64,000 bases of DNA from Mobula birostris (taxonomy: Eukaryota): positions 25,758,774 through 25,822,773 of the forward strand of contig NC_092385.1 of the NCBI RefSeq assembly GCF_030028105.1, written 5' to 3'. Below, one piece after another: positions 38,321-52,133 of the stretch; within the stretch, counting starts at the first letter, position 1; each line of letters opens with the position of its first letter. The translations under genes were made by a program, and so were the position numbers. The notes below the pieces were generated by a model. That model saw only the letters and a list, made by a program, of their open reading frames with translations. It ran no database searches and had not been told where the DNA came from.

Positions 38321-38617
38321 ACTTGAAAATAATTCAAAGCAGACAACCAAAATTTTGTTTGCCGTACAATACACGAATCTCAAATGTTCAGATTACCGTG
38401 TGGTGTTGATGTAAAATGAGCTGACCTAATTTTAAGTAAAGTGCTGGAGGTATTTAACAGGTCCAACAGCATTCATGGACGCAGAAACAACGTTTACATT
38501 TTTCGGAGTGATCTTTCTGAGCATTTTGCTTTTATTTAGGATTTCCAACAGTTTTTGCTTTTGGATTACCCTACTCTTACCTTGTTCTAATTGGTATATC
38601 TGTATTTATCTCTATAG

Positions 38618-38668
38618 GAATACATCATTCGTGTGCAGCGTGGAGTTTCAGTAGAGAATAGTTGGCAG
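38618..38668 (+). CDS. PXK: PXK exon 2
   Basis: EYIIRVQRGVSVENSWQ; TAG/GTATGT. Confidence 0.95.
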
Positions 38669-38709
38669 GTATGTTGTTATAAATCAATTACTTTGTGATC
38701 TTTTTATTT

Positions 38710-38889
38710 AATCGGAATCAGGTTTATTATCACTGGCATGTATCGTGAAATTTGTTAATTTAGCAGCAGCAGTTCAGTGCAACACATAATATAGAAGAAG
38801 AAAATAAATAAATAAAATTAAAAATAAGTAAATTAATTACAGTATACGTATATTGAATAGATTAAAAATCATGCAAAAAACAAATAGTA

Positions 38890-38920
<31 letters not shown>

Positions 38921-39690
38921 GTATATATAGATATTAAAAATACATACATATATATTTAAAAAAAAGTGAGGTAGTGTTCACAGGTTCAGTGATGGCAGAG
39001 GGGAAGAAGCTGTTCCCGAGTCGCTGAGTGTGTGCCTTCAGGCTTCTGTACCTCGTACCTGATGGTAACAGTGAGAAAAGGGCAGGTCCTGGGTGCTGGA
39101 GGCCCTTAATAATGGACGCTGCCTTTCTGAGACCCCGCTCCCTGAAGATGTCCTGGGTACTTTGTAGGCTAGTACCCAAGATGGAGCCGACTAAATTTAT
39201 GACCCTCTGCAGCTTCTTTCAGTCCTGTGCAGTAGCCCTCCCCCGCCATACCAGACGGTGATGCAGCCTTTCAGAATGCTCTCCGCAGTACATCTATAGA
39301 AGTATTTGGGTGTATTTGTTGACATACCAAACCTCTTCAAACTCCTAATGAAGTATAGTTGCTGTCTTGCTTTCTGTGTAACTGCATCGATATGTTGGGA
39401 CCAGGTTAGGTCCTCGGAGATCTTGACACCCAGGAACTTGAAGCTGCTCACTCTCTCCACTTCTGAACCCTCTATGAGGATTGGTGTGTGTTCCTTCGTC
39501 TTAACCTTCCTAAAGTCCACAATCAGCTCTTCCGTCTTCCTGACACTGAGTGCGAGGTTGTTGTTGCGACACCACTCCACTAGTTAGCATATCTCGCTCC
39601 TGTACGCCATCTCGTCTCCATCTGAGATTCTATCAACAATGGTTGTGTCATTAGCAAATGTATAGATGGGATTTGAGCTATGCCTAGTTG
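38710..39690 (-). mobile_element. Rex1/Babar-like LINE 3' fragment with internal (GT)n/(TA)n
   Basis: EWCRNNNLALSVRKTEELIVDFRK...FKFLGVKISEDLTWS; FSLLPSGTRYRS. Confidence 0.88.
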
Positions 39691-39859
39691 AATGTGTGCA
39701 ACATCTAAAAAGCAAAATTTAATTGGAAGGAGTTTCCCAAGGAAATATATTTCAGCTTTCATTATTTGAATTGCTAAATAATTGTAATTGCTGAATTGCT
39801 ACCAAATGATCAAAACAAAGATTAATCTGGTTTCTTCTACTTACCTTTCCATTTAGCTT

Positions 39860-40276
39860 CATTCCCCTTCCCTTTCTGTCCTAATGAAGGGTCTTGACCC
39901 AAAATGTCAACTGTTTATTCCTCCCCATAGAAGCTGAATAACTTGGTGAGTTCTTCCAGTATTTTGTGTATGTCTCTCTGGATTTCCAGCATCTGCAGAA
40001 TCTCTTGTGTTTATGATCTAGCATATTTATAAGTGTTGCTGGTGTTGTTTGTTATTGACAAGGTGCCACACATAAAAGTGCTAAGCAGGATAGGAGCCCA
40101 TGATATTACAGAAATGGTCCTAACATGGATGGAATATTAAAAACAAGAGAAAATCTGCAGATGCTGGAAATCAAAGTAATACACACAAAATGCCGGAGGA
40201 ACTCAGCCGGCCAGGCAGCATCTATGGAAAAGAGTAAACAGTCGACGTTTCAGGTTTAGACCCTTCAGCAGGACTG
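39860..40276. repeat. Tail-to-tail inverted Penelope tails (~135 bp each, ~125 bp apart)
   Basis: 39877-40015 (+) is complementary to 40141-40275 (-); both begin with hammerhead-like cores. Confidence 0.8.
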
Positions 40277-42918
40277 AACAGGAAATTGATAGAATTGATA
40301 GACTGAATAGAAATGGATAGAATGTTGGCTGGCTGACGGACAGAGACAAAGAATGGGAATGAAAGAGGCCTTTCCTGACTGGCTGTTGGTGATCAGTGGT
40401 GTTCCGGAAGAGTTTGTGTTGAGTCCACTGCTACTTTTCTCGTTATATGCTAATGACTAGATGATGGAATTGATGGCTTTGTGGCTAAGTTTGTGGATCT
40501 GTGACTCTATGATACAAAGGTAGGTAGAGGGGCATGCAGTACTGAGGAAGCAGGGAGTCTCCAGAAGGACTTGGGCAGTTTTGGAGAATGGGCAAAGAAG
40601 TGGCAAATGGATTGGAGCAAAAGGAAGCATATAGTGGGGAGAGAATTAGAAAATAGCAGTGCAACGGGAATTGGGAATCGTATTGCAGGATTACCTAAAA
40701 ATTTACGATGGGCTTGACAATGTGCTCTCATCTTGGCTCTCTTTAGAAACATCATATGTTGACTTTTTGGGTAGTGAATTTGGCTAAGTGACTGGCCCTT
40801 CTTTGGGACGGCATTTTGGGGATAGTGGTTGAAAACTTCTTAAGTTTTAACGCAGTTCTGATTAAGGATAAGCTGATTAGTTAGGATGTGAAAGGTTACA
40901 GGGAGAATAGGGTTGAGAGAGAATAATAAATCAGCCATGTTCAAATGGCAAAGCAGACTCGATGAACCAAGTGCCCTAATTTAGCTCCTGGACCTAATGG
41001 ATATCAAGGGTATTGTTGGTGTATCTAATCTGTGATTTAACAATGTGCTGTCACCTTGGCTTTCTTTAGAATCATCACATGTTGACTCCTCTAGAACAAT
41101 TGTTGGATTCACTTCAGCAACATCGTTATTTCACAGTTAGGTTTTCCGTTCTCTTGCACTTCGCTTGTTTGGTTACTACACTGAAAGATGACCATAGAGA
41201 TAGGAGCAGAATTGGGCCATTCAGCCCATTGAGCCTGTTCTGCCATTTCATCTTCGCTGATCCATTTTCTCTCAGCCCCTAAAGTATAAGTAATGCCTGC
41301 TTCACTTGAAAAGAAGCGTTTGAGGCTGTTGATTGCACAAAACTCAAAATACAATTGATTCCTTCTGTTGTGGGAAGCCAAAGACTGATTAAGTGACTGC
41401 TCTGAGACACCTCTCTTCAGTTGCTAAGTTTGATCTGGAGCTTCTGTTGCCAGTTACCTCCATTCTCCATCCCTCTCTCTTTGGCATTCTTTCCCATTTC
41501 ACCTTTCCTCTCTTCAGACTTGCTTTTAATTACTTTTTACCATCCTCTTTCAATTTTAAATCTCTTCTGTTACTCATTTTCCCTTTTGTTCTTTCCAGCT
41601 CTCTTCCATTCCATATTTTTTCAAACTTTTTCCTGCTTTGATGAAAGATTATTGACTTGAAACATGAGCTGTGTATCCTTTCCAGTGATGTTGCCTGGTC
41701 TGTCTAGCCCTAGCCCTTCCAGTATTTTTAATTTTCACTTATGAATTCTAGAATTTGCAGTATTTTGCTTTTGTAATAATTTTCCTGAAAGCAGCATCAC
41801 CGGAACATGTTGTTTGTTGAGTGGTGCTGCAGGTAATGTAGCTAACTGTCAATTCCAACAGTTTGGGTTTGATTCTGTCCTCTGAGCTGTAGTTTAAAAA
41901 AAAACTTTTATAAAACTGTAGTGCTGGTAGGTCTATTCAAACTCTTTAATTTGTGGTTTCCTCCCATATCTCGAAGATTTGATAGTTTTTTGGTGAATTA
42001 GCTGCAGTAAATTGCCCCTAGTTGTAGGACAATGGTAATAGAATAGGAGGGAGGTGGTGTTGAGAAGAAAGGGTGTTATTGGCATGAGTTAGAGAATAAA
42101 TTGTAGAATGGGATAAGTGGGATTGCTCTGAGAGCTGGTACAGACTCACTGGGCTAAGTGGCTGTTTTCAATGTCATACTGAAACTAAGAGTTAAATTGT
42201 CCTTTTAGATTTAAAAAAAAATCAACTTGTACCTCACTGATTATGTAACATCTTAAGGCTGTGAAAAGTTCTACATAGGAACAAGACTTTTTTGTGCCAT
42301 TAATATATTTTCCAGCTCATTGAATAAGGATTAATTAATAAGGAATTTAATTGATCCTACTAGTGTTATACTGCAAAGTTTTTTTTAAGCTGCTGTTTTG
42401 ATTACCCTCTTAAAATGAGTGACTAAGGAATTGCTTTTGTCTATTATGATTAAAAGTGGTTTTTACTGGAGCAGCTCAGTTTTGTGGCAGAATGTATTTG
42501 TGCTGTCCATGTTGATTTGGTCCTTGTATTTATGTCACTATTTGTGTTGTAATGATAAATTCTTTCTAGGAAGGATTTGTTTGGGCTTGCTTCTATCTAG
42601 TCCTAAGGTGCTGGATGCCTCCTCCTCGGTTTTATCAGTAGGAGGGATTGTGTTGCTTCTTATCACCCTTTTTGTGAGGATTTAGACTTGTATAGATTGC
42701 CTGCACCTCACAACAACCTTGAATTTATAAAATGAGGTTGTTAATACACAAAAGATGGCAAAACCAGTCCAATTCATTTGGGTTCCAATTTATTATTCAT
42801 TTATGAGTCGATTTTTATTGATCTTTCTGTACTTTAGAAGACTTTTCAATGAACTAACTCTGTTTACATGAGTTCTGGTTAATTGAAGGATGTAAAAATT
42901 GAAATATTTAATTTCAGG

Positions 42919-43187
42919 AGGGCAGCATTGTAGCGTAGTGGTTAGCACAAAGCTTTACAGTGCAGGTGACGCAAGTTCAATTCCCGCTGCAGTTGTACAG
43001 AGTTTGTACACTTTCCCTGTGACTGCGTGGGTTTCCTCCGGGTGCTCTGGTTTCCTCCCACAGTTTAAAGACCAACTGGCTGGTATGTTAATTGGTCATT
43101 GTAAATTGTCCCATGATTAGGCTGGGATTAAATCGGCCGACTGGCTCGAAGGGCCTATTCCATGCTGTATCTCCATAAGTAAATAAA
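42919..43187 (+). mobile_element. tRNA-derived V-SINE (HE1-like)
   Basis: A box TAGCGTAGTGG, B box GTTCAATTCC, V-domain GTGACTGCGTGGGTTTCCTCCGGGTGCTCTGGTTTCCTCCCACA. Confidence 0.8.
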
Positions 43188-44225
43188 TCTTTCTTCCCCC
43201 TTTCTTAGAATGCTTTGGAAAATTGAATTAAAACAACTGCTTTTCCATGTTTTATTAGTACAAGCTGAAAACATGTAATGAAGTAGAGTAGTATTTTATC
43301 TTACAGTAAACATTTGCAACTTTTATTTCTGTGTTGTTTTATGCATTTGGGATTTAAGTCATTAAACATGTGCTATGCATTACATTTTCCTGCATCTCCA
43401 TAGCTTCGAGTTGGCAGCATTGGAAGTTTACTGCAAATAAGTGTTGTTTGATTGTAGTGGCATGATAACTCTGCAATATTGTTTCTGCCTGATTAGGTAC
43501 ATTGTCTGGCTGGACAAAGTATTCTATTCAGCAAACAAGATAATACTTCTAAGTAGTGGCTGTTAAATTGGAGTGTTGGACATGTTTAGCACTATTGTTT
43601 GGTGGAGGAAAAGCTTGTATATTTCATTTAGTAGTACACTTTGAGATAAACTAGTTGTGTGTTGTATTGCTGCATGTCAGGATAATGTGTCATTACAGTA
43701 CCAATTAATTAGAACACATTTTGTAAGCAAACTATATCAAACCATGGTTAATAATAATTTAATTAGGATGTGCTGTAATTGAAGATATGCAACAATGAGA
43801 TGCTGCAGGATGGAATAGCTCTTTTCAAGGCCGCTTAAATTTTAGTGTGAATTACAAATACCTTAGCACTGTCCCAACAGTGCTCCTATAAGCTACTTGT
43901 CCTGTGCTTATTTAACAACATTTATTTGATTGAGATCGGTAGTTAGTGTCAAATTGAGGCATGTTTTCTGTAGGATGGAGAGATAATACAACAGACAAAA
44001 TGTATGTTGCTCAATTCTATGAAGTTATATATGATAATTTATCTTCTATGGATATCATAAATACACTGGAAAATGTAAATTTTGCTGAAGTTTGAAAAAT
44101 TATCTGCATGTTGAACCTTACTTTCTAGCTGAAATGTGACTGGAATTATTGCTCTGCAATGTGGTTGAAGAATGTTGAGAATATTGAAAACAACATTAGT
44201 TATTTTATATTTTGATTACTTCCAG

Positions 44226-44273
44226 ATTATCAGAAGATACAGTGACTTTGATGTCCTGAATAGCAGTTTGCAG
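44226..44273 (+). CDS. PXK: PXK exon 3 (PX domain)
   Basis: IIRRYSDFDVLNSSLQ (PX RRYSDF motif). Confidence 0.96.
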
Positions 44274-44940
44274 GTAACTTTTGTAATATTGTAGAAGATA
44301 GTGTTTTAATGAATTTTTCAAATGAAAGACCTCATCAGAAAATAAATTCTCTCAGTGAATATTGTGAGATTATGGAAAGAACTTTCTTTGGATAGAAGTG
44401 TCTTATCAAATGTCAAATATTGTACTATTTATCGTGAAAGTATGAAGAATAAGTATTAATATAAAGCCTGAAATTAATTTTTTCTTATGGCAAGGCCTTA
44501 AAGAGTTTTTCAACCGCCAATTTTTCTCAAAGTGAAAGAATTCCATTTCTTTTAAGTCCAAACTTCTGATACTCCAAACTAATATGCCATGTTTTTTAAA
44601 TAAATTTGATATCACTCATTTGCATAAAAAGAATAAAAACTAATTTTAAATGTATGCTGCTTTACTGATGCCTGATATTTTTGTTAATTTACAATTTTAT
44701 GAAGAAAAGATTATTATGCATCATTTTGGGTGTCACAAAACAGTTTATTTGTTGCCGAAATACAAGCATGTAATTCATTTTAGAGTTTTATTTTGGACAG
44801 AAATATTTAAGACTTGAGTAAATAATTACTTGTGTTTTTAAATAGTATATTGTAAATTGGGATGACTTACATTTAAATAAGCATTTAGAATGAGCAAATG
44901 AATACTCTTCATGGTTGGGCACAATTGTTGTTTATTACAG

Positions 44941-45127
44941 ATCTCAGGCTTGATTCTACCTCTACCTCCCAAAAAGCTAATTGGGAATATGGATCGTGAG
45001 TTCATAGCAGAAAGGCAACGGGGACTTCAGAATTACCTGAATTTCATCACTACACAGCATATGTTGTCCAATTGTGAACTGGTTAAAAAATTCCTGGATC
45101 CTATCAACTACTCTTCCAATTACACTG
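44941..45127 (+). CDS. PXK: PXK exon 4 (PX domain)
   Basis: ISGLILPLPPKKLIGNMDREFIAERQRGLQNYL...FLDPINYSSNYT. Confidence 0.97.
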
Positions 45128-45929
45128 GTCAGTACTACTGAAATGGAGGCGGATCTAATGGGGACATTTAAGAGACTTTCCAATAGGCACATTGATGTAA
45201 TAAGAAAATGGAGGGAAGAGTTTAATTGTGCTTTAAGTTTATATAGGTCAGCACAACATTGTAGTCCTGTCCTGTGCTGGTCTATGTTTGTAGAAGTGGT
45301 AGTTCATTAAATTTCATGTTGAATATAGAGGGTTTTTATCTTTGTAAAATAAGTACCACTCGTCCCTAAGGTAATCATCACGTGTTGGTATTCTCCACTA
45401 ACAGATTTCTAGTTAGGAGTTAAGAGCAAGAAATTTGGCTGATACACTAAGCTGTGGACCTGGGACTGCTTATAGTCCCTTGTCACTATGTCAACAGCAG
45501 CTGAGATGGGTTAATTTTATTGTTCCTGTGTACTTACCGTGAATGTCTGCAGGAAAATGAATCTCAGGGTAATATATGATTAAGTACATCTCGACCATCT
45601 CCACCTCAGCACCATTGATACCCTGCTTCTTGTTTTGCTGACATTGAGGAAGAGGTTATTGTCTTGGTACTATATTACAAGTCTCTCTATCTCCTTTCTT
45701 GTATTTCATCTTGTCAGTGTTAAAGATCTAGCCCGCTACAGTCATGTAATAACTGTTATTAATTACGATATTTTTTTTCCAATATTCTTGCCTGGTCTGT
45801 CAGAATAACTAATGTACTTTCTTTTTAAAGTTGTTTGCCCTACTTTATAGGTTTGGTAATGATTTCTTTTTCAGTGACACTAATTGAGTTTCTATATATC
45901 CTTATTTTCCTCCTTTAACTCTCAAATAG

Positions 45930-46007
45930 AAATCGCCTTGCAACAGGTATCAATGTTCTTCCGTTCTGAACCCAAATGGGAAGTGGTTGAACCATTAAAG
46001 GAGATAG
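45930..46007 (+). CDS. PXK: PXK exon 5
   Basis: EIALQQVSMFFRSEPKWEVVEPLKEI; TAG/GTAAGT. Confidence 0.96.
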
Positions 46008-46191
46008 GTAAGTGAGTCAGTAGCATGGTCATGTTTGCTAATAGTTATACTTATCAAGACTGAGTTCGGACTATATTTTTTTCCATTTCTTAGTTAACAT
46101 GGGCAAACTTTGCCAGCATTAAATTTAAAAAATAAAAGCATGAAATGCTGGTTGTTTGAAGTGGAGCTTGTAGCTTTTCCCAGCAGATTCC

Positions 46192-47470
46192 ATAAGAACA
46201 TAAGAAATAGGAGCAGGAGTAGGCCATCCGGCCCATCGAGCCTGCCCCACCATTCAATAAGATCATGGCTGATCTGTCTGTAAACTCAGCTCCATCTACC
46301 TTTCCTTTTCCCCATAACCCTTAATTCCCTTACTATATAAAAACCTGTCTAACTGTTTCTTAGATATATTTAGTGGGGAAGCCTCAACTGCTTCCCTGGG
46401 CAGAGAATTCCACAGATTCAGCACTCTCTGGGAAAAACAGTTTCTCCTCATCTCCATCCTAAATCTTCTCCCCTGAATCTTGAGGCAATGTCCCCTATTT
46501 CTAGTCTCACCTACCAATGGAAGCAACTTTCCTACTTCTGCCTTATCTATCCCTTTCAAAATTTTGTATGTTTCTGTAAGATCCCCTCTCATTCTTCTGA
46601 ACTCCAGAGAGTGTAGTCCCAGGCGACTCAATCTCTCCTCATAGGTTAACCCCTTCATCCCTGGAATCAACCTGGTGAACCTCCTTTGTACTGCCTCCAA
46701 AGCCAGTGTATCCTTCCTCAAGTATGGAGACCAGAACTGCACACAGTACTCCAGGTGCAGCCTCACCAGTACCCTGTATAGTTGCAGCATAACCTCCCTG
46801 CTCTTGAATTCAATCCCTCTAGCAATGAAGGCCAACATTCAGTTTGCCATCTTAATAACCTGTTGTACCTGCAAGCCAACTTTTTGCGATTCATGAACAA
46901 GCACTCCCAAGTCCCTCTGCACAACAGCATGCTGCAATCTTTCACCATTAAAATAATAATCTGCTCTTCTATTATTCCTTCCAAAGTGGATGATCTCGCA
47001 TTTACCAACGTTGTATTCCATCTGCCAGACCTTGGCCCACTCACTTAACCTATCTATATCCCTCTGCAGACTCTCCACATCCTCTGTACAATTTGCTTTT
47101 TCACTCAGTTTGGTGTCATCAGCAAATTTTGCTACGCTACACTCAGTCCCCTCTTCCAAATCATCAGTGTAAATGGTAAACAGCTGCGGGCCCAGCACCG
47201 ACCTCTGCGGCACCCCACTCACCACTGACTGCCAACTGGAGAAACACCCATTTATACCAACTCTCTGCCTTCTATCGGTTAACCAATCCACCATCCATGC
47301 TAATACACTTCCTCCGACTCCATGCATCCGTATCTTATTTATAAGTCTCTTGTGCGGCACCTTAACAAACGCTTTCTGGAAATCCAAGTATACGATATAC
47401 ACCTGTTCCCTCTATCCACTGCACTCATTATGTCCTCAAAGAACTCCATTAAGTTTGTCAAACAGAACCT
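46192..47470 (-). mobile_element. Young CR1 LINE, 5'-truncated
   Basis: ORFs 46839-47402 and 46296-46838 are in one frame, separated by a single TGA; YLDFQKAF, SGVPQ.SVLGP, KFADDTK. Confidence 0.95.
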
Positions 47471-48649
47471 GCCTTGATTCCAAACCATTATGTGTGAATT
47501 CTAATGTGAATATTATTATTAATGGACTCCTTTTCAAATTGTAAATTTTTTATTTCAACAAATATTTACAACTTTATACAGATAATTGTGCCTCTGTGTG
47601 CATTGGACTTGAGGAGAGTGTATTCATATCCATCTATAGCTATATGGTTCCCTTGAGATCAACTGTATGCCATTTTCAGATTCAACTCGGATTTACGATT
47701 TTGGGAAAAAAATTAATCTGTAAAACCAGTTGCCATTGTCTAAATATTGCAAAACTTAAGTGCTTCATCTGCTTATACTGTAAGCTTCACACAAGCTTCC
47801 ACTACTGGTCTCAGTCCAACTTGACCTCAGCTTATGAGACAAGCTAAGGATGCCATTAATAAGAATTAGAAGAAAAATCTTTTGAATTCTTCCTGCAGTT
47901 GAGAGATTCTTTTGGAATGTTATTTGTTATTGAAAGGTTGATGGACTTCTGTATTTCATAATTTCATAAAAGTCTCTTTTGTTTGATTTCTATAAGCATC
48001 ATAGAACAATTTAAGTGAAGTTATAAATATTCCCCTGGTTCAATTAGATTGTACATCCTATGTGTATCACAGCAATATGATGGATGTTAGGAAGGGACAA
48101 TAGTCTTTCAATTTGCATGTAATGAATTACTGCTGCCCATTGTTTTACTTTTGGCCTAAGGTTGTTTCATGTTAGTTGTGTCCTGGGTGATTTGTGTGTG
48201 ATCTGATTGACTAGAATTTGCTTCTGAGGAAATGTATTTATAGAGGCTACATGTGACCCTTGTGTTATAGAATTTCACCATTATAGAATTCACAAATCGG
48301 TACCCAAAAATTTTGAGGTTCAGAATAAAATTCACTCTTGAAATTTGTGTGGTGAAGAAAATTAAATTAATCAACACAATCTTTGTACAGATGATGTGGC
48401 TTTACATTACAGAAAATCATGATGCAGCTGGCCTTCTGGGAATGTAGCCCTTCCTGTAACACAGTCACCTGTACTGAAATTCTGGGTAAAAATTTGCAGT
48501 ATGGTACTTTGTGGTGCAGTTTTTTGAGTATTCTGTTTGGACAAGATGAAATCCAATTGCATTACTCCATTTTGGATGTTTGTAGATGCTACTCACTGTA
48601 GGTAAGATCACTTTAGATTTGAAAAAATAAAGCATTATTTCTTTTTAAG

Positions 48650-48723
48650 GTTGGAGATTAAGAAAACGGCACCTTTTAATAAAAAGTAAGGATCATCCCA
48701 AAGAGCGACAAGTATTAAGCTGG
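48650..48723 (+). CDS. PXK: PXK exon 6
   Basis: GWRLRKRHLLIKSKDHPKERQVLSW. Confidence 0.95.
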
Positions 48724-49475
48724 GTAAGTTCTGATTTTAAAAAATGGGATAATTAAGTTGCGGTAGTTTTATTAATTTCCTACCATTATATTGTGGAAAG
48801 AGTCATCTATACAATGTGCATCCTATCATAAGTTTCATTAGCAAAGCTTCAGTGTACAAGAGTAAAGATTTTGCTTGTACTCGCTTTTTTCCTGATATAT
48901 TAATTTCTGTTAAGTATCTAGCCAATAATTCAAAAAATCCTGTGAAAGTTTGTCTCTGATTTGAGATAAAGTATTACTGGACTGAGGATGTGCAAGTTAT
49001 TCTGGCAAAGCTTAACTGGGGTGGTAAGTCAATTGCTGTTGTGTAATGCATTTTATTTTGATAAATATTAGTTTGATATTGAACTATGTTTTGTCTATAA
49101 CCTTCATACTTTAAAAAAATGGGATGTAACTGAGAATAATGAAACTTAACAAACAGTCCATCTCTGCTTGTTTAAAATAGTTATCAATTTTTGTGCACAT
49201 CTTTAATGGAAGTTGATGGTTAAAGTGTGCTCAGGCGTATAATTTAATGTTTCCTTATGATGGAATGAAAGCTTATCTCATACTCGATGAACTCGCTCTC
49301 CATAAGTACACTTGCTTTTGTCAATTCATATCCAACCTTTCAGGTTGTAGTTCAGATGACATTGGAATAATTTTGGAGACAGATTGCAGGTGTTTTTAAG
49401 GGTCCTTATTGTGATTTTGGACAAGTGAGCTTTAGTTTAATTTCACTTGTATTTTACCTATGATCTGTTTTGCAG

Positions 49476-49550
49476 GCTGATCTTGGTCCTGATATGTTTC
49501 TCTCCGATAAAGACCTTCAGTCAGCAATGAAGCTTTTACCTTCTTGGTCT
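49476..49550 (+). CDS. PXK: PXK exon 7
   Basis: ADLGPDMFLSDKDLQSAMKLLPSWS. Confidence 0.95.
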
Positions 49551-50079
49551 GTAAGTAATCATTAAAAGTCCTATAAAGTTTTTATCACTTTAGACATATG
49601 CTAATGTCAGACCACCGCTTAACCAGAAAATATTGGAAACAAATCATAAAAAACTTACAACAGAGCAGGATTCCATTTGGTCTGTATTGGTCAAAAAAGA
49701 GCTAGCCAGCTTAATCCATCATTCCAGCATTAGTGCCATGGGTTCTACAGGTTATTGCTCTCCAACTACATGTTGAAGTTTTTTTTTAAAAAGTGTGATA
49801 AGGGCTTCTGCCTTTTTCCCCTTTAGGCAGTCATTTCCGGACCCCCTTCTGCTCTCGAGGTGATTTCTTTTTCATTCTTCTAATTCTACCAGTTACTTTG
49901 TTACTTCAAATTTATGTCCATTGCTTTAGATATCCTCGTTAAGGGAAACGATTCATTCCTATTTTATCTTGATTTCCCCAATTTTATATATCTGTGTTTA
50001 CGCTGCCCCTTGACATCCCATCTTTCAAATAAAACAATCCCAGTTTTTTCAAATCTTTCCTCCAATTTATTGTGTTAGT

Positions 50080-50530
50080 TCTAGTTGCCTCATTATAGGA
50101 AGGATGTAGAAGTTTTAAAGGGGGTGCAGGAGAGATTTACCAGGATGCTGCCTGGATTAGAGAACATGTCTGATGAGCGGAGGTTGAGCGAGCTAGGACC
50201 TTGCTCCTTTTTGGAGCAAAAGAGGATGATGAGAAGCATAGAGTGGACAACCAGCATCCTTTTCTCAGGTGGCAACAGGTAATATGAGAGGACATTCATT
50301 TAAGGTGATTGGAGGAATGTATAAGGTGGATGTCAAAAGTAGCTTTTTTTTAAACAGGGTGTGATAAGAGCATGGAAGCACTGGTTGCGGGTGGTAACAA
50401 AACAGATAGGCACATGGATGAAAGGAAAAATGGAATTTTCTTGGGAGGGAAGGGTTATATTGATCTTGGAGTAGGCTAAGAATATCCTGGGCTAAAGGGC
50501 CAGAACTGTGCTGTACTGTTTCAGGTTCTC
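50080..50530 (+). mobile_element. CR1 LINE 3' fragment
   Basis: PHYRKDVEVLKGVQERFTRMLPGLE. Confidence 0.8.
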
Positions 50531-50965
50531 ATTTCAATAACGTAAATTAGGTACTTAACTTTGAGCTAATGTTTTTTTCCATCTTCGGTTTTTGTCGGTT
50601 AGAAGTCTGGCTAGCAACTGTTGATAAGTTGTGTAATCTTTAATGCCAGACTGAAGTTTGATTCTTGTCTGTTGTTCTTATCTGCAAACTTTGCAGTTTG
50701 CTGCTAGTCTGGAGCTGTGAAAAATCTGATCTAGTGTTGGCTGTCCCTTGATATCATCGCCCTGACCTCATCAAACAAAGTAATAGCTATGGTACTATAT
50801 TCATAGAAACTAAAGATGAGAGTTGGGGCTTCTATTCTGTATTGTGCAATATTTGATTTGGTCATAGTGTTACCAACAGGTTGATAGTTGGCATATTTCT
50901 TGCCATAGACCTTTAAATCAACATAATATGAATTCTAGTCTGAGTTTTTCTGTTTCAACCTCCAG

Positions 50966-51070
50966 CACCCGTACATATATCCTGTCACATTTGCCACAGC
51001 CAGCGAATCTTCAGGGCTTGTTATCCGAATGTACAATGAAAAAGGAACACTGAGAGATTATATCTGCAAG
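50966..51070 (+). CDS. PXK: PXK exon 8
   Basis: HPYIYPVTFATASESSGLVIRMYNEKGTLRDYICK. Confidence 0.96.
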
Positions 51071-51744
51071 GTATGTTGTAACACAACATCTGACTAAAGG
51101 ACTTTTCATTTTCTGACCATACAGAAAATTTAATTTGTAATAAATGTATATATGATTAGTTTTTCCAAAGCAAAAGATAGGTTATGCACCTTGCTGGGTG
51201 ATATTTCCATATTGCAGTCTACTTGATTTTCATTGTGTACAACGTAATGCTATCATTCCATACAGTTCAAATTGTAAAGTGACTTAGTAAGATTAAAAAA
51301 CTAAAAGCCATGAACTTAGTGGTTTATTGATAGTTAATTGGTTGATTTGTTTTATAGAGGTTGGTTATCTCTAAGTTTGGTAATAAGGCAAGTAACTGTT
51401 CAAAGTTAAATACATTCCGTATTTAAAAACTTTATAATTAAGTATTTTAAAATAAAAATAATTAATTTGACTTTAATTGTAGATTTTTCGTTTTGAGTCT
51501 TTTGTTTTTAAATAGAATAGTCTTTTTAGTTATTGAAACTGTACTTTGGTATTATAGTAATTTAATTGGCTTACATTTAGTTACAAATATAGCATATATA
51601 AAATTGTATAACATAACATATAAAAAAATATTGAATTGCACTTTGCTGGAAATGTCACCATTTGCAAACTGGTAACAGGTCTGTTTTTTATATCAGTCCA
51701 AAAAGTCATTAATAATAATTTTGTTAAATGTAATTTACACAAAG

Positions 51745-51846
51745 GCTAAGCCAAAGGATTGTTTTATGAAGAAATACTGCAGTCCAAAGAAAAGTCAAGG
51801 ATTTGACCTTCAGCAGATAAAAACATTTGGAAGACAAATTCTGGAG
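51745..51846 (+). CDS. PXK: PXK exon 9
   Basis: AKPKDCFMKKYCSPKKSQGFDLQQIKTFGRQILE; AAG acceptor. Confidence 0.93.
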
Positions 51847-51971
51847 GTAAATGATGTTTATTCATTTTTCTATCAATCTACCCCATCTGGTCATCATTAA
51901 AGTAATTCTACTTGAGTTCTGGTGTATTTTTTAAGCATATACCTTAGTGCCCAACTTGTTTTTTATTTCAG

Positions 51972-52133
51972 GTTTTGAAGTTTCTTCATGAGAAAAGAAT
52001 TCCATATGGACATCTTCATGCCTCAAATGTGATGCTTGATGGTGATACATGTAAATTATTGGATATAGAAAACTCATTGCTGGGCTTGCCCAGTTACTAT
52101 AGACCTTATTATACCCAGTCCAGGAAAATAAAT
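51972..52133 (+). CDS. PXK: PXK exon 10 (pseudokinase catalytic loop)
   Basis: VLKFLHEKRIPYGHLHASNVMLDGDTCKLLDIENSLLGLPSYYRPYYTQSRKIN. Confidence 0.97.

Noticed and set aside
51972-52133. Missing HRD/DFG motifs suggesting a PXK pseudogene
   Set aside because: PXK is an established pseudokinase (GHLHASN, LLD.EN); all 12 exons are open and in phase.
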